A DNA stretch of 64,000 bases. It comes from an uncultured delta proteobacterium (GTDB lineage Bacteria; Desulfobacterota; Desulfomonilia; Desulfomonilales; Desulfomonilaceae). Each line of letters begins with the position of its first letter. The stretch's first letter is position 1. Made by a program: the position numbers and the translations under genes. Of the stretch, positions 45,722 to 56,637 are shown piece by piece. The stretch lies in NCBI GenBank assembly GCA_963789265.1, contig CAWBKB010000005.1:384001-448000 (forward strand), given 5' to 3'. The notes under the pieces are model-generated. The model worked only from the letters and a program-made list of their open reading frames with translations, did not search any database and was not told the origin of the DNA.

Positions 45722-45826
45722 AATTCCTCTCGATAAAGCGATTCTCGACTTCGTCCCGGTCAAACCGGAACGGCAGCCTTGGCACATCCTTAACGATTCA
45801 AGCAGTGCCGGGATTCAGTTGCGGCA

Positions 45827-47258
45827 TTATTTCAAGATGCCCATTCTCCTCTCGAGCACGGCTTTGTTGATTTTGTAGCCGACAAGAGATGTGTAGTAAT
45901 TCCCCTCAGCCAACGACAACTGTCTCTGGGCGTCCAGTACCTCTATGTACGTAGCTACCTGCTCCTTATATCTTTCCTGGTTGATACGAAAATTTTCCTT
46001 GTTGTAGTCCACGGACGCACGGTTGTTTGCAATGTCGCTTTCCGAGCGTTTCATGTCCACGTACGCTTGCTTCACCTCTTCCATTACTTGTTCGACAAGT
46101 TGCTCCCTGGCGATGAATGCTCTGGCTTCGGTTGCTCGGCGCTCTTTGACGGTTTCGCGTGAACGGAACATATCAAAAGCCCAGGTGAACAGCCCTTGCA
46201 GTTGCCAGTCATTTACTCCCTCCGGGTCGAATGGGTTCCAGTCGTCATTAATCCGGGTTCCCTGAACCTGGACCGAGACGGAAGGTAGCAGGTCGGCTTT
46301 GGCGGACCTTATCAGTGCAAGGGCCTGATCCACAGAGATGTTCGCCTGGCGAATTTCGAGCCTGTTTCCCGCGGCCGTGGCATAAATCTCGGGGATGCGG
46401 TATGGGTTTGGACGATAAGCGATGTCTTGAATGACATCAATTGGGGCCTCTTGAGGATAGCGGAGGAGAAAGCAGAGGCTGGCCTTGGCTTGTTCAATGT
46501 CCGAAAGTGCCTGAGTCTTCTGGACGTGGGCTTGAGCCAACTGTCCCTCTGTGGAGAGAACGTCAACTTTGGCCACGACCCCGGCCTTATAGAATTCCAC
46601 AGACTGGTTTCGCACTGCTTCCAGAGCACGAATTGCCGAGTCCGCTACCTCAAGCTCTTTTTCACCCTGTATTAACTGGTAGTAGGCCTCAGTAGTGTCA
46701 AGAATCAGGTCCTGGCGGTCAACATCGTACTGAATCGCCTGATAGTTTACGCCAAGCTGAGCGTATTTGTAATCGTTCAACAATTTCCCGCCGGTGAACA
46801 GAGGCTGGGACATGGTGGCGGTGAGGGTAAAGTTTCTGTACGGGTCTATCCTATAAGGATAGGTACGGAAAGAGCCCTGCCCCAGGTCCACCAAACGGAT
46901 TACCTCTTTCGGTCCATCGAGCGTTTTGCTGTCCGGTCAACTCTCCTATGAATCCAGAGTTCATATACCTGTCCGCTGTCGCGGTGTATTGAAGACTAAT
47001 GGAAGGAAAGAAATCTGAAAATGCCTCGCGACGCTGATGTTCCCTTTCTCGAACCGAGAGCCGGGAGTCAGCCATGCGCAGGTTTCTCGCCACAGCTATT
47101 GCAACAACCTGAGGCAAGGATAGCCGGGCATTCCTCTTGTGCGATGCGTGGTTTGCGCCTCCGGCCAGGGTCACGTTCGCCAGAGGAGGTGCCGTCACCA
47201 GCGCAATCCCCATGACCAAGGCAAAAAACCAACCCACCGAGGGCTTGTACCAATCCAT
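45827..47258 (-). CDS. TolC-family outer-membrane protein; frameshift near 46860
   Basis: QPLFTGG, ADLLPSVS, EVLDAQ motifs across two overlapping ORFs. Confidence 0.85.
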
Positions 47259-47335
47259 ACCCCCTTCTCCTCACTAAAACGAAAACCTCAGCCCGACAAG
47301 CAGCCGGGCGATAACAAAGAAGTGACGGCCTGATA

Positions 47336-48559
47336 TTAGACCATCATTCTCGCGAATACCTTGGCGTCTCCAACCAGATTCTCGACGGAAATCTTTTCGT
47401 TGGGCGCGTGCGCCAGGTGCAGGAGCTTCTCCCATACGGCAGCCGGGAGTCCCCGCTTGCGAAAAAACGTTGCAACCGTCTGTCCCCCGATACCTTGAGG
47501 TCGAGCCTGCACGCCGTAAACCTCTTGAATTGCCCGGGCAAGCGCCACCACCACCGGGGCATCAGGAGGAGTGGCATTGGGGGCCTCGCTTCTCAGGAAT
47601 TCTTCCACCAGAATCTGAACATCGAATCGAACCGCTATGCCATCGGCAGCTTTTTTCATTTCTTGTATGACGAGATCCAATTCGGTTTCCGGCAGAACCC
47701 GGCAATCAAAGTAGAAGATGTCTTCTCCTGGAATCGTGTTTATATTTGGGACGTTCGCATCTTTTCTGGTCGGCTCGAAGGTACTGAACGGGGGATTAAA
47801 AAACGGATTTTTCTCATTGAACCTGGCACCTAGTGCTTGATCGAGTTCCACTATCAAATGCGCAGTCGCCCTGAGCGTATTGCGACCGAGATCCGGCCGG
47901 CTGCCGTGAGCCTGTTTCCCTTTCACGGTAAAGCGGATATGGAGCAAGTGCTTCTCGGCGACCTCGATATTGTCACCGTCCTTGTTGCCCGCGTCAGGGA
48001 CGATAATCAGATCGTCAGGCTTGAACAGGTCAGGCCTCTTTTGCAAAACATAATCCAGACCATAATGACTGCCTGTCTCTTCGTCGGATACCAGTGCCAG
48101 GCCAATATTTAAACCGAATCCACAGGTTTCCTTTACGGCCCGAGCTGCAAAAATACTGGCCGCAAGGGCCTGACCGTTGTCTTCCACCCCTCGTCCAAAA
48201 AGAAAGCCGTTTTCCAGGTGAGGCTTAAACGGATCATGATCCCAAAGCTTCATCTCTCCTGGGGGGACTACATCGATGTGTGTCAGTACCCATAGCGTTC
48301 GCGATGGATCTTTACCGTTGAAGACCACCAACAGGTTGGGCCTCACGCCGGAGGCAACCCGTCCATCAGGGGCGTGTATCTCTTCAACTCGGTCGGGGCC
48401 CAGGGCCAGAACCGTTTCACGAACTGCCAGATACTTCTCCATCTCGCCTGTTCCTGCATTCTCCGGTCCCAGGGCCGGGATCGAGCAGATGCGGACGAGG
48501 AACTCGATACATTGATCTGTCAGTTCGTCAATTCTGCGCGCGGCATCTGGGAATCCCAC
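47336..48559 (-). CDS. M20-family metallohydrolase (DapE/ArgE-like)
   Basis: HIDVVP, GRGVEDN, DEETGS, AHAPNE. Confidence 0.9.
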   Translation of the reverse strand: MGFPDAARRIDELTDQCIEFLVRICSIPALGPENAGTGEMEKYLAVRETVLALGPDRVEEIHAPDGRVASGVRPNLLVVFNGKDPSRTLWVLTHIDVVPPGEMKLWDHDPFKPHLENGFLFGRGVEDNGQALAASIFAARAVKETCGFGLNIGLALVSDEETGSHYGLDYVLQKRPDLFKPDDLIIVPDAGNKDGDNIEVAEKHLLHIRFTVKGKQAHGSRPDLGRNTLRATAHLIVELDQALGARFNEKNPFFNPPFSTFEPTRKDANVPNINTIPGEDIFYFDCRVLPETELDLVIQEMKKAADGIAVRFDVQILVEEFLRSEAPNATPPDAPVVVALARAIQEVYGVQARPQGIGGQTVATFFRKRGLPAAVWEKLLHLAHAPNEKISVENLVGDAKVFARMMV

Positions 48560-48738
48560 CGTTCCTCCAAGTGCAGGACTAAGAAGTCAAAATGAAGGCG
48601 ATACACTACGAAACTCGCATGTTACGGGAACTGAGCGATAGCTGTCAAGCTAGAAAAGACGAAGGGCTGGATCAGTGCATTTCTGCCCACTTATACCGAT
48701 TCACCGTCAAAGACGGTGACAATCCTAGACAGGATATG

Positions 48739-48923
48739 GAGGTGATCCCGAGCGGAACGCGGGACTGCCTGTCCCACGTTCCGCTCGGGATCACCTCGGA
48801 CTCCGATCCGGAGACTGTAGGGGCGACCGGCGGGTCACCTAGGGCGAATGCCATTCGCCCCTACAGATGCCCGCGTACGCGGGCACGACGACATGTAAAG
48901 GCGGGTTTGAAACCCGCCCCTAC
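48739..48923. repeat. long hairpin (48739-48797) plus GTAG-type REP-like palindromes (48817-48923)
   Basis: GAGGTGATCCCGAGCGGAACG...CGTTCCGCTCGGGATCACCTC; GTAGGGGCGACC..., GGGCGAATGCCATTCGCCCCTAC, GGCGGGTTTGAAACCCGCCCCTAC. Confidence 0.75.
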
Positions 48924-49052
48924 TCGGTGTGACTTGCTTGAAAGCGAATCGGTATTAGCCGGGAGTTCACGGAAGGCCGTTGACGGATCGGCCCCAATGC
49001 CTGGTACCATGCATCCGGAAAATGGAACCGGGAACTTTATGATGGTTTCTTT

Positions 49053-50226
49053 TCAGGCGGGATAGAGCAGAAATCGAGATCGCTTCTTCACAAACTTTGC
49101 GATGTCGGCCTGCCATTCCTTTTCCATGTCCGGCACGGGACGGCCCTGTTCGAGGTCGACGCGTACCTCGGGGATCTCCGAGAATTACGTCTACGGGCGC
49201 CTTGTCGAGAACATACTCGTAAGGGGGATCGGACCATCTGAAATGTTCGGGATAAAGCCTTATAAGCGAGGAGAGTATGGCTAGGGTGGCTCTATACGGC
49301 CGGAAGACATTCCGATCAGTGACGTGAATTTGAAAGCCGCGACAAAGTTGTCCCTCCCATTTATTAAATGTGGGCCTGAAATTAACTTCACGTAGAACAG
49401 CTCCGTCTAACGCTCCATTTTCCAGTGTGTCCAGGACGCGCCCGGGTTCCAGGTAAGGGGACCCGAAGATTTCGAAGGGTTGGGTAGTGCCTCGCCCTTC
49501 CGACAAATTCGTCCCTTCAAGGATGACTTGACCGGGATAGACCACCGCGGTTTCTACGAGGGGCATGTTCGGCGAAGGGAGCACCCACGACAGACCCGTC
49601 TCCTCGAAATATGCCGTGCGCTTCCAGCCGATCATGGAAACGACTTGCAGTTGGGCTCCGATGCCGTATTCTTCGTTGTACAGCGTCATGAGTTCGCCTA
49701 AAGTCAGGCCGTGTCGCATCGGGATAGGAAACGGGCCTACGAAACTGGAATATGCCGGATTCAGGAGATTGCCCTCGACCTCCAAACCATTCACAGGATT
49801 CGGACGGTCCAGGATTACCACTTTTTTGGCCCCTTGCGCGCAGGTCTTCATCAAATAAACGACAGTGGTGGCAAAAGTGTATACTCTCGCACCTACATCC
49901 TGGAGGTCAACGAGGACCGTGTCTACGTCCCCAAGCATTTCCGGAACGGGCTTTCGCAATTCCGAATAAAGGCTGTAAATTGGGATTTCCAGTCGCGGGT
50001 GAGTTCCATGTGGGCTCTCACGCATATTGTCCTGTTCGGTGCATTCGACTCCATGCTGAGGCCCGAAAAGAGCAACCAACCTGCGCGGAAAAGCTCTGTT
50101 TATCAGGTCAGGAGCTGACTTGAGGTGGGAGTCAACCGAAGCCTGGTTGTAAAGGAGTCCCAGCCTCCCCGCCCCCGCAAGCAGCGCCGGTTCGCTCAGG
50201 ACCCTTTCCAATCCCGTAATTGTCAT
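49053..50226 (-). CDS. namZ: exo-beta-N-acetylmuramidase NamZ (DUF1343); +1 frameshift near 49170
   Basis: DLQDVGARVYTF, DRPNP, RHGLTLGE, PSPNMP, SEGRGT; corrected end RSRFLLYPA*. Confidence 0.88.
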
Positions 50227-50244
50227 GGGCAGCGCCTGCTCATA

Positions 50245-50667
50245 CTATTGCCATTTCCCACCCCTGCCCCTATGCATATCTATGGTGCTGTCCCATCGTC
50301 TTACAAAAACAGTAGTTTCACCGCCGCCGCCGGCAACAAGGGAACTCATGATCCAGGAAACAAGGCTCACTACGATCGAAGCAAAGAACGCAGACCAAAA
50401 AGAAGCCACGTGTAAGCCCGAAACCAGCGCTCCTGCCAATTCAAACATCAGTGCATTGATGACGAGAATAAACAGCCCGAGCGTCAGGATTGTCAGCGGG
50501 AGAGTCAGAACAAAAAGGATAGGCCTTATCAGGGCATTGAGAATACCCAGGATGACCGCCGCCCAAAGGGCTGTCCATACGCTATCTACTCGCACTCCCG
50601 ATATCAGATACGGGACTATCAGAATGGCCACCGTAGTAATGAGCCAACGAATGAGTATTCCGGCCAT
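50245..50667 (-). CDS. 4-TMS phage-holin-superfamily membrane protein (YvlD-like)
   Basis: LNALIRPIL...LTLGLFILVINA. Confidence 0.88.
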   Translation of the reverse strand: MAGILIRWLITTVAILIVPYLISGVRVDSVWTALWAAVILGILNALIRPILFVLTLPLTILTLGLFILVINALMFELAGALVSGLHVASFWSAFFASIVVSLVSWIMSSLVAGGGGETTVFVRRWDSTIDMHRGRGGKWQ

Positions 50668-50746
50668 CGGTTCTGCTCCCCCTGGGTGATGGCTTCCAGG
50701 TGTATCCCCGCAATTGTAATTCTCCAACCTGCACGCGCATAGGTAT

Positions 50747-51505
50747 TTACTTTTCCACTGTCTCCTGTTCCTTCTTCATGAAAGGCGTTAGCAAGTCGAT
50801 AGGAACCGGAAAGATGGTAGTTGAATTCTTTTCAGCCGACACCTCGACCAGAGTCTGGAGGAAGCGCAACTGCAACGCAATGGGCTCTTTGGCCATAATT
50901 TGCGCTGCCTCGGTCAGACGCGCAGAGGCCTGGTACTCACCTTCCGCGTTGATAACTTTGCCGCGGCGATCCCTTTCAGCTTCTGCCTGGCGAGCTATTG
51001 CCCTCTGCATGTCAGATGGCAAGTCTATCTGCTTGACTTCCACCATGGTCACTTTTACGCCCCAAGGCTCAGTGTGGCTGTCGAGTATTTCCTGGATTTG
51101 CATGTTAATTTTGTCCCGTGCGGCCAGCAATTCGTCCAGTTCCGATTGCCCGCAAACGCTTCTCAGAGTAGTCTGTGATAGCTGGGATGTGGCGTAAAGA
51201 TAATTCTCAACTTCGATGACCGCTTTGGTCGGATCCATTACCCTGAAATAGATGACTGCACTCACCTTTACGGAAACGTTGTCCCGCGTGATAACATCTT
51301 GTGGGGGCACATCCATGGCTACGATGCGGAGGCTCACGCGGACCATGCGGTCGACAATCGGGATCAAAATTATTATGCCGGGGCCCTTGTGATCGATGAT
51401 TCTCCCGAGGCGAAAGATCACCCCTCGTTCGTACTCGTTAAGTATCTTGATGGCCATGAAAAGGAACATAAGTATCAGAAAAATTACAATTGCAAGACCT
51501 AACAT
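50747..51505 (-). CDS. SPFH/band-7 slipin
   Basis: [28 protein letters not shown]. Confidence 0.95.
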   Translation of the reverse strand: MLGLAIVIFLILMFLFMAIKILNEYERGVIFRLGRIIDHKGPGIIILIPIVDRMVRVSLRIVAMDVPPQDVITRDNVSVKVSAVIYFRVMDPTKAVIEVENYLYATSQLSQTTLRSVCGQSELDELLAARDKINMQIQEILDSHTEPWGVKVTMVEVKQIDLPSDMQRAIARQAEAERDRRGKVINAEGEYQASARLTEAAQIMAKEPIALQLRFLQTLVEVSAEKNSTTIFPVPIDLLTPFMKKEQETVEK

Positions 51506-51814
51506 CGGGATCCTCCTTCATGAAACCGAGCGGAATTGTTGTTCAAAACCCCTCTTTTGTAAGCCTGGCTACGTCGGGTATGGATCGGCACATGTAAACC
51601 GCAGTTAGTTTATCATGAACCAAGAGACGATTTACGTCAACGTTTATATAGATCTTGGCATATAACGGTCTCTATGTCTGAAAAAGCTTGAGTTTCCGTG
51701 TCCCGAGGCAGGCCTGCTGCCGGCGTGAGGCGTTTGCCTTCAACACTGCGGACCATCCGTCGCCAAAGGGTGCTTGCATACCGTACATTTATGCGGTCAG
51801 GGCCGAAATGCGTC

Positions 51815-52276
51815 TCACCCTCCCGCATCCCGGGTTACCACTAACGACAGGCGGTCCACACGGATTACTCTGACCTTTTCCCCTTTGGGGACGAGTCTGT
51901 CCGACCGGGCATTCCAGCACTCGCCCTGGACTCTCACTTTCCCTTGATCATCCAGGTCGGTCAAAGCGACGCCCACCTTTCCGATAAGGCCATGTTCCCC
52001 GGTTCTCGGCTGTTTGAGCCATGCTCTGACCACAAGGCTGAGCACCAAAATGAAAAAGGCCGAGACAGTAGTCACTACAGGTACAATTACCGACCACGAC
52101 ACACGCATTGCTGCCTCTCCGGTTTCAAAAAGTACGGTCCCGTCCACATCCAGCAAGTAGGCGACAGCTCGGCTGTTTTGCTTTTGGGCACCCAAAACGC
52201 CTTGCTGCCCGTAAATTAAAAACAGTAGCCCGCACAAAAAGATGAGGGCAAATGCAGCGAGTCTCCTCGAATTCAT
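51815..52276 (-). pseudogene. NfeD with internal deletion
   Basis: Signal peptide plus AYLLDVDG start fused to the C-terminal TM and OB domain (TGEHGLIG...GKVRVQGECWNARS). Confidence 0.65.
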
Positions 52277-52977
52277 GGGCTGTCTCCGGACGCCGACTTC
52301 GGGAGGGCCAGGAGAGCCATTACCTTTTTGAGGTCGGCCCAAGCTTCGGCCTTGTAGCGCTTGTCCGGTTCCGACCTCAAAAGAAATGAAGGATGGTAAG
52401 TGGGCATAACCGGTATCCCGTCCCTGTCCCGGAATTCCCCTCGCAGATTTGTCATCGAATCCTTTATTCCAAGGATTGTGCAGGCAGCTACCCTCCCCAA
52501 CGCCACTATAACTTCCGGAGCCACTGAGTTAATCTGGCGTTCGAGAAAGGGAAAGCACGTCCGGATTTCGAGAGGTTGCGGGTCCCGGTTCTCCGGGGGA
52601 CGACATTTCACAATATTGGCGATGTAGACATCCGCGCGATCCAGGCCCATGGCTTGAATCATCCTGGTCAACAACTGGCCGGCCCGTCCGACGAAAGGTC
52701 TCCCCTGCCGATCCTCATCCGCGCCCGGTCCTTCACCGATGAACATCAGCCGAGCGTGTGGATTTCCTTCTCCGAATACAATATTGCGCCTTGCTTTGTG
52801 AAGTGGGCACCGCGTACATTCTCCAAGTTCGGACCGCACCGCTTCCAGAGAGGTATCACTTATTATCGTACCCGGCTTCTCAAGGAGCATGACCTCTCTG
52901 AACCCAAGATTTACCTGATATTCCAGGTAGTTTCTTGCTCTTTCAATCCAGTCTCGGGATTCGTCGGTCGTTGTCAT
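52273..52977 (-). CDS. family-4 uracil-DNA glycosylase
   Basis: CTRCPL, GEGPG, PFVG, KCRPP, TYHPS. Confidence 0.95.
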   Translation of the reverse strand: MTTTDESRDWIERARNYLEYQVNLGFREVMLLEKPGTIISDTSLEAVRSELGECTRCPLHKARRNIVFGEGNPHARLMFIGEGPGADEDRQGRPFVGRAGQLLTRMIQAMGLDRADVYIANIVKCRPPENRDPQPLEIRTCFPFLERQINSVAPEVIVALGRVAACTILGIKDSMTNLRGEFRDRDGIPVMPTYHPSFLLRSEPDKRYKAEAWADLKKVMALLALPKSASGDSP

Positions 52978-53127
52978 ATAGTGGTCTCAGTTGTCAGTCG
53001 ATCAGAAGCTGTGAGAGTGATCGATATCCCCTCCCTCAACCTCTTCCGGCACGGAAGGATAGAGGGCAGTCGGCTTTCCCTCGGCACCTGCTTTCGGGAT
53101 ACGTCTTCATGCCACCAAAACTTATGC

Positions 53128-54327
53128 TTAGCGCGCGGCGCCTGTTCGGAGTTTCTTTACGCGGTCCAGTATGAGATCAGCGACACGCTCCTTGGACATA
53201 ATATCCATCTGCTCTTCATCGCCGGACCGATGGAGAAAGCGCACGATATTGGTGTCGGAATCGAATCCTGCGCCCGGTTCGCTCACGTCATTTAGAACCA
53301 GCATGTCCAAGTTCTTATCTTTGAGCTTTGCTCTACCGTTCAGTAGCACGTCGTCCGTCTCGGCCGCAAAGCCAACGAGAATCTGATCCTTCCGCTTGAT
53401 CTGGCCAAGTTCACGCAGAATGTCCGGGTTCTGCACCAATCGGATCGAGGATTCAATCCGGTTCTTCTTCATCTTCCCCTTCCCCGGAAGAGCAGCGCGG
53501 AAATCCGCCACGGCCGCGGCCTTTATGACCACATCCATTTCGGGAAAGACTTTTAGGACCTGATCGTGCATCTCAATAGCGGTTCGCACATCGATCAGTT
53601 TAACTCCCGAAGGGGGAGGTACTTTCAACGGACCGGCGACCAGCGTCACTGACGCTCCGCGAGCAACAGCCCTCGCGGCAACTGCTACGCCCATCTTCCC
53701 TGACGACTTGTTGGTGAGGAATCGAACGGCGTCCAGGGGCTCTTCCGTGGGGCCTGCTGTGACAAGTATCCGTTCCCCCTGAAGGTCTCTGGGACCCAGG
53801 AGCTGCTGGATATTATCGGTGATCGTTTCGGGTTCCGGCATCCTGCCTTCCCCTTCCCAGCCGCATGCCAGGAATCCTGATACCGGCTGCATCACGTGGT
53901 AGCCCAACTCAAGCAGTTTGTCTATATTACCTTGCACAATCGGGTTGTGTAACATGTTTACGTTCATAGATGGACAAAGCAGGACCGGGCATTTTACGGC
54001 CATGAACACAGTAGTTAACATATCGTCGGCTATGCCTGACGCGATTTTGCCAATGATATTCGCGGTGGCTGGAGCGATAACCGCTACGTCTGCGATGTCC
54101 GCGAGAGAGATATGCTCTACGGAAGGGCGGAGCCGATCTCCCCACATGTCGTCGAACACGGGATTCCCGGTGAGCGTGGCAAGGGTCAGCGGCGTGACGA
54201 AGCGTGTGGCAGCCCGAGTCATAACGATATGCACGTTGAGGCCTGCCTGAGCGAGAAGGCGAACGAGTAGAGGCGTCTTGTAGGCTGCTATCCCACCGCT
54301 AATCCCCAGGAGAACGGAGGCACCCAT
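53128..54327 (-). CDS. coaBC: phosphopantothenoylcysteine decarboxylase/ligase
   Basis: GGIAAYK, APATAN, TAGPTEE, NKSSGKMG, VGFAAET. Confidence 0.97.
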   Translation of the reverse strand: MGASVLLGISGGIAAYKTPLLVRLLAQAGLNVHIVMTRAATRFVTPLTLATLTGNPVFDDMWGDRLRPSVEHISLADIADVAVIAPATANIIGKIASGIADDMLTTVFMAVKCPVLLCPSMNVNMLHNPIVQGNIDKLLELGYHVMQPVSGFLACGWEGEGRMPEPETITDNIQQLLGPRDLQGERILVTAGPTEEPLDAVRFLTNKSSGKMGVAVAARAVARGASVTLVAGPLKVPPPSGVKLIDVRTAIEMHDQVLKVFPEMDVVIKAAAVADFRAALPGKGKMKKNRIESSIRLVQNPDILRELGQIKRKDQILVGFAAETDDVLLNGRAKLKDKNLDMLVLNDVSEPGAGFDSDTNIVRFLHRSGDEEQMDIMSKERVADLILDRVKKLRTGAAR

Positions 54328-54657
54328 AGTTCAATACCTTATGAATAGACAGTTGCGCCTTTTCTACCGTGTGCGCAAAATCTTTAACTCTAGACCGTTA
54401 CGATCATCCCGGCACTTTGAGAGCGGGCCATCGCCTCTATTTGCCGTTACATTCGGAATGTCAATACGGGGATATTGACCCCCCAGGCCAAAATCATCGT
54501 TCCTTACCTTGTATAACAACAGCTTGGTGGGGTGTCAACGGCTGCAGTAACGGACTTCACATGCCCACTGTCCTGTTGACACGCGCTCATGGCACGTGTA
54601 ATGAATAATTACCGGAAATGGAAGTGGCGGTCGGCCGCCTTTGTCGGCATTTTAAGT

Positions 54658-54734
<77 letters not shown>

Positions 54735-55161
54735 AAGAGACAATAGGTCGGCAAGACCGTCTCGTGTTGACAGAAAAGCATCTCTTGTTCGCTTTTCGAG
54801 CATACCTTATCCCCCCGATAAAATTTTGTCCTTTTCAAAAATATTGCCGCCGCAGGTGTCAGGAGCTGGCGCCAACTGAGCTTGGTTGCCAATGGGGATC
54901 CTGGCCTATAACCTTCTCCACATCCTCAGGCAGTTCTTTCTAATGGGCGAAGGAGTAAAACGTTCGAGGGAATGACCCATCAAGCGTCTGATCAAAGTCG
55001 AAGTAAAATCGCGTGTCATGGCCGGAGGCGGCAAGTTCATGTGGCGTCTGCCTTCCCCTTGGCTCGATACTACCAAGCTGTGTTCGGGTGACGAGGGCGG
55101 TAAAAAAGTGTTGACGGAGTGGCGGAGGGTGACGTACGGTCGGAAACAGGATAAAAGTAGC

Positions 55162-55271
55162 CTTTTCATTAACGTGACGACCGTCTTGCCTTCGTCGGGT
55201 TGCGGGGCGACCTCTCTGCCCCTCAGGGCTGCCAAAACGGTCAAAATGGCAAGGCCGCCGCATAATTCCGA
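55162..55271 (+). repeat. cargo-associated element, copy E (shorter centre)
   Basis: CTTTTCATTAACGTGACGACCGTCTTGCC...AAATGGCAAGGCCGCCGCATAATTCCGA. Confidence 0.8.
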
Positions 55272-55296
55272 TTAATTCACTCGAATTGGAGCGCTC

Positions 55297-55992
55297 GTGT
55301 TTTCTGAAAGCACCCGATTAATGGGCGTTATTATTATTTTTGGCCTCTTCACGTTGGGAATCGCGGCCACATGGATGTTCCATAGGACGGGATGGGACCT
55401 GTCATGGGCAGCCCGATGTTACACCCCCGGAGGGAACCTGGAAGGCTGGACCCATGGCCGTGACAAACTGTGGGCTCTACTTTTCCGGTACGGCGAGATT
55501 CCCACCGTCGTTCTCACGATGGTGGCAGTGGTGCTGTTGGTAACGGCCAAACTGGGAGCAGCGAATGAAGCATATACCAGGCCCTGTCTTGTTGTGATTC
55601 TTGCCGTGGTCCTCGGCCCGGCGATTGTGGTGAACAGCATCTTGAAGCCGGGCTGGGGACGTCCGCGGCCTGTCGAAGTGTCCAACTTGGGGGGAGATCG
55701 TGAGTACAGGGCGGTATGGCAACCGGGAGGCCCGGGCGCGGGGAAGTCGTTCCCATGCGGCCATTGCGCGATGGCCTATTCTCTCGCCTCGGGGGTCGCT
55801 TTTTACCCTGCACATCCAGTGGTCTCAGCCTGTATTCTTGTGGGCGTCATGGCGTACGGGACGCTCCTCGGAGTAGCCAGAGTAAGGCAGGGCGGTCATT
55901 TTCCCACAGATGTGCTCTGGTCGGGAATTTTGATTCTAATGATCGTGGCAACCCTCTACTTCCTGGTTTTGAGGATTCCGGAAAGCGTCTAA
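55297..55992 (+). CDS. PAP2-family membrane phosphatase (LpxF-like)
   Basis: K-x3-GRPRP, SFPCGH, RVRQGGHFPTDV. Confidence 0.9.
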   Translation: MFSESTRLMGVIIIFGLFTLGIAATWMFHRTGWDLSWAARCYTPGGNLEGWTHGRDKLWALLFRYGEIPTVVLTMVAVVLLVTAKLGAANEAYTRPCLVVILAVVLGPAIVVNSILKPGWGRPRPVEVSNLGGDREYRAVWQPGGPGAGKSFPCGHCAMAYSLASGVAFYPAHPVVSACILVGVMAYGTLLGVARVRQGGHFPTDVLWSGILILMIVATLYFLVLRIPESV

Positions 55993-56637
55993 ATCTCTAA
56001 ATCACCCCCATCAGGAGTCTGTAAAGGGGACAGAGCCCCGCGTCCCCTCATCACCATCTGCCATGACCGGTTTTGCAGGCGGGTCGATGGTAGCTCACGC
56101 TCATTGTGCCCGGGATTCGCTCCCGGTCTCCGGTCGCGGCTCGTGGTTGCCGCACTGCTCTGCTAACCTCATCCCTTCTTAGGATTTAGGACATCGCCGC
56201 GCTGAGTTTCAACACCTAAGCTTATGACGAAAGACTTTTTGCTAAATCTTCTCAGTTGAAATCTCCTCCAAATTTCCATTTTCAGATCGGGGTAATGGAT
56301 CTGGTAGGGGGCAGTTTTAGCTTCGCTTTCCCATGGTTCCATGCCTGGTGCTGCATGTCCAATCTGTATCCCGGCAGGACAGACGGATCGGAGGGCCTTG
56401 AGGGCAACCCCCGACTTGAAAGATTATCTTCAGTCAGGTTACCGACAGTCCCTCGCTGAAGAGGGAACTTGACAAGTATCGCCCGATAGCAAAAAATATA
56501 TTATATTTGCAATCGGAACCAGTCTAACCTAATTATTGTTATTATTAATAGGTTAAGCGCATTGAATAGAGGTGTTTTTGACCAAGAAAGCCAAATATGT
56601 GGGGGCAAGCGGGGCACGAGGCCAACTCGAAAACCCT

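Noticed and set aside
50245..50667. Holin-family gene as evidence of a prophage
   Set aside because: YvlD-like proteins are common core genes, and there are no structural phage genes in the window.
4432..53295. Long antisense ORFs (4432..5448, 23176..24408, 41349..42515, 52576..53295)
   Set aside because: They are shadows of well-supported genes on the opposite strand.
54906..55244. Tyrosine integrase remnant (LRHS...LMGHS) after tRNA-Arg
   Set aside because: The motif spacing is about twice the norm and there is no catalytic Tyr; likely chance.
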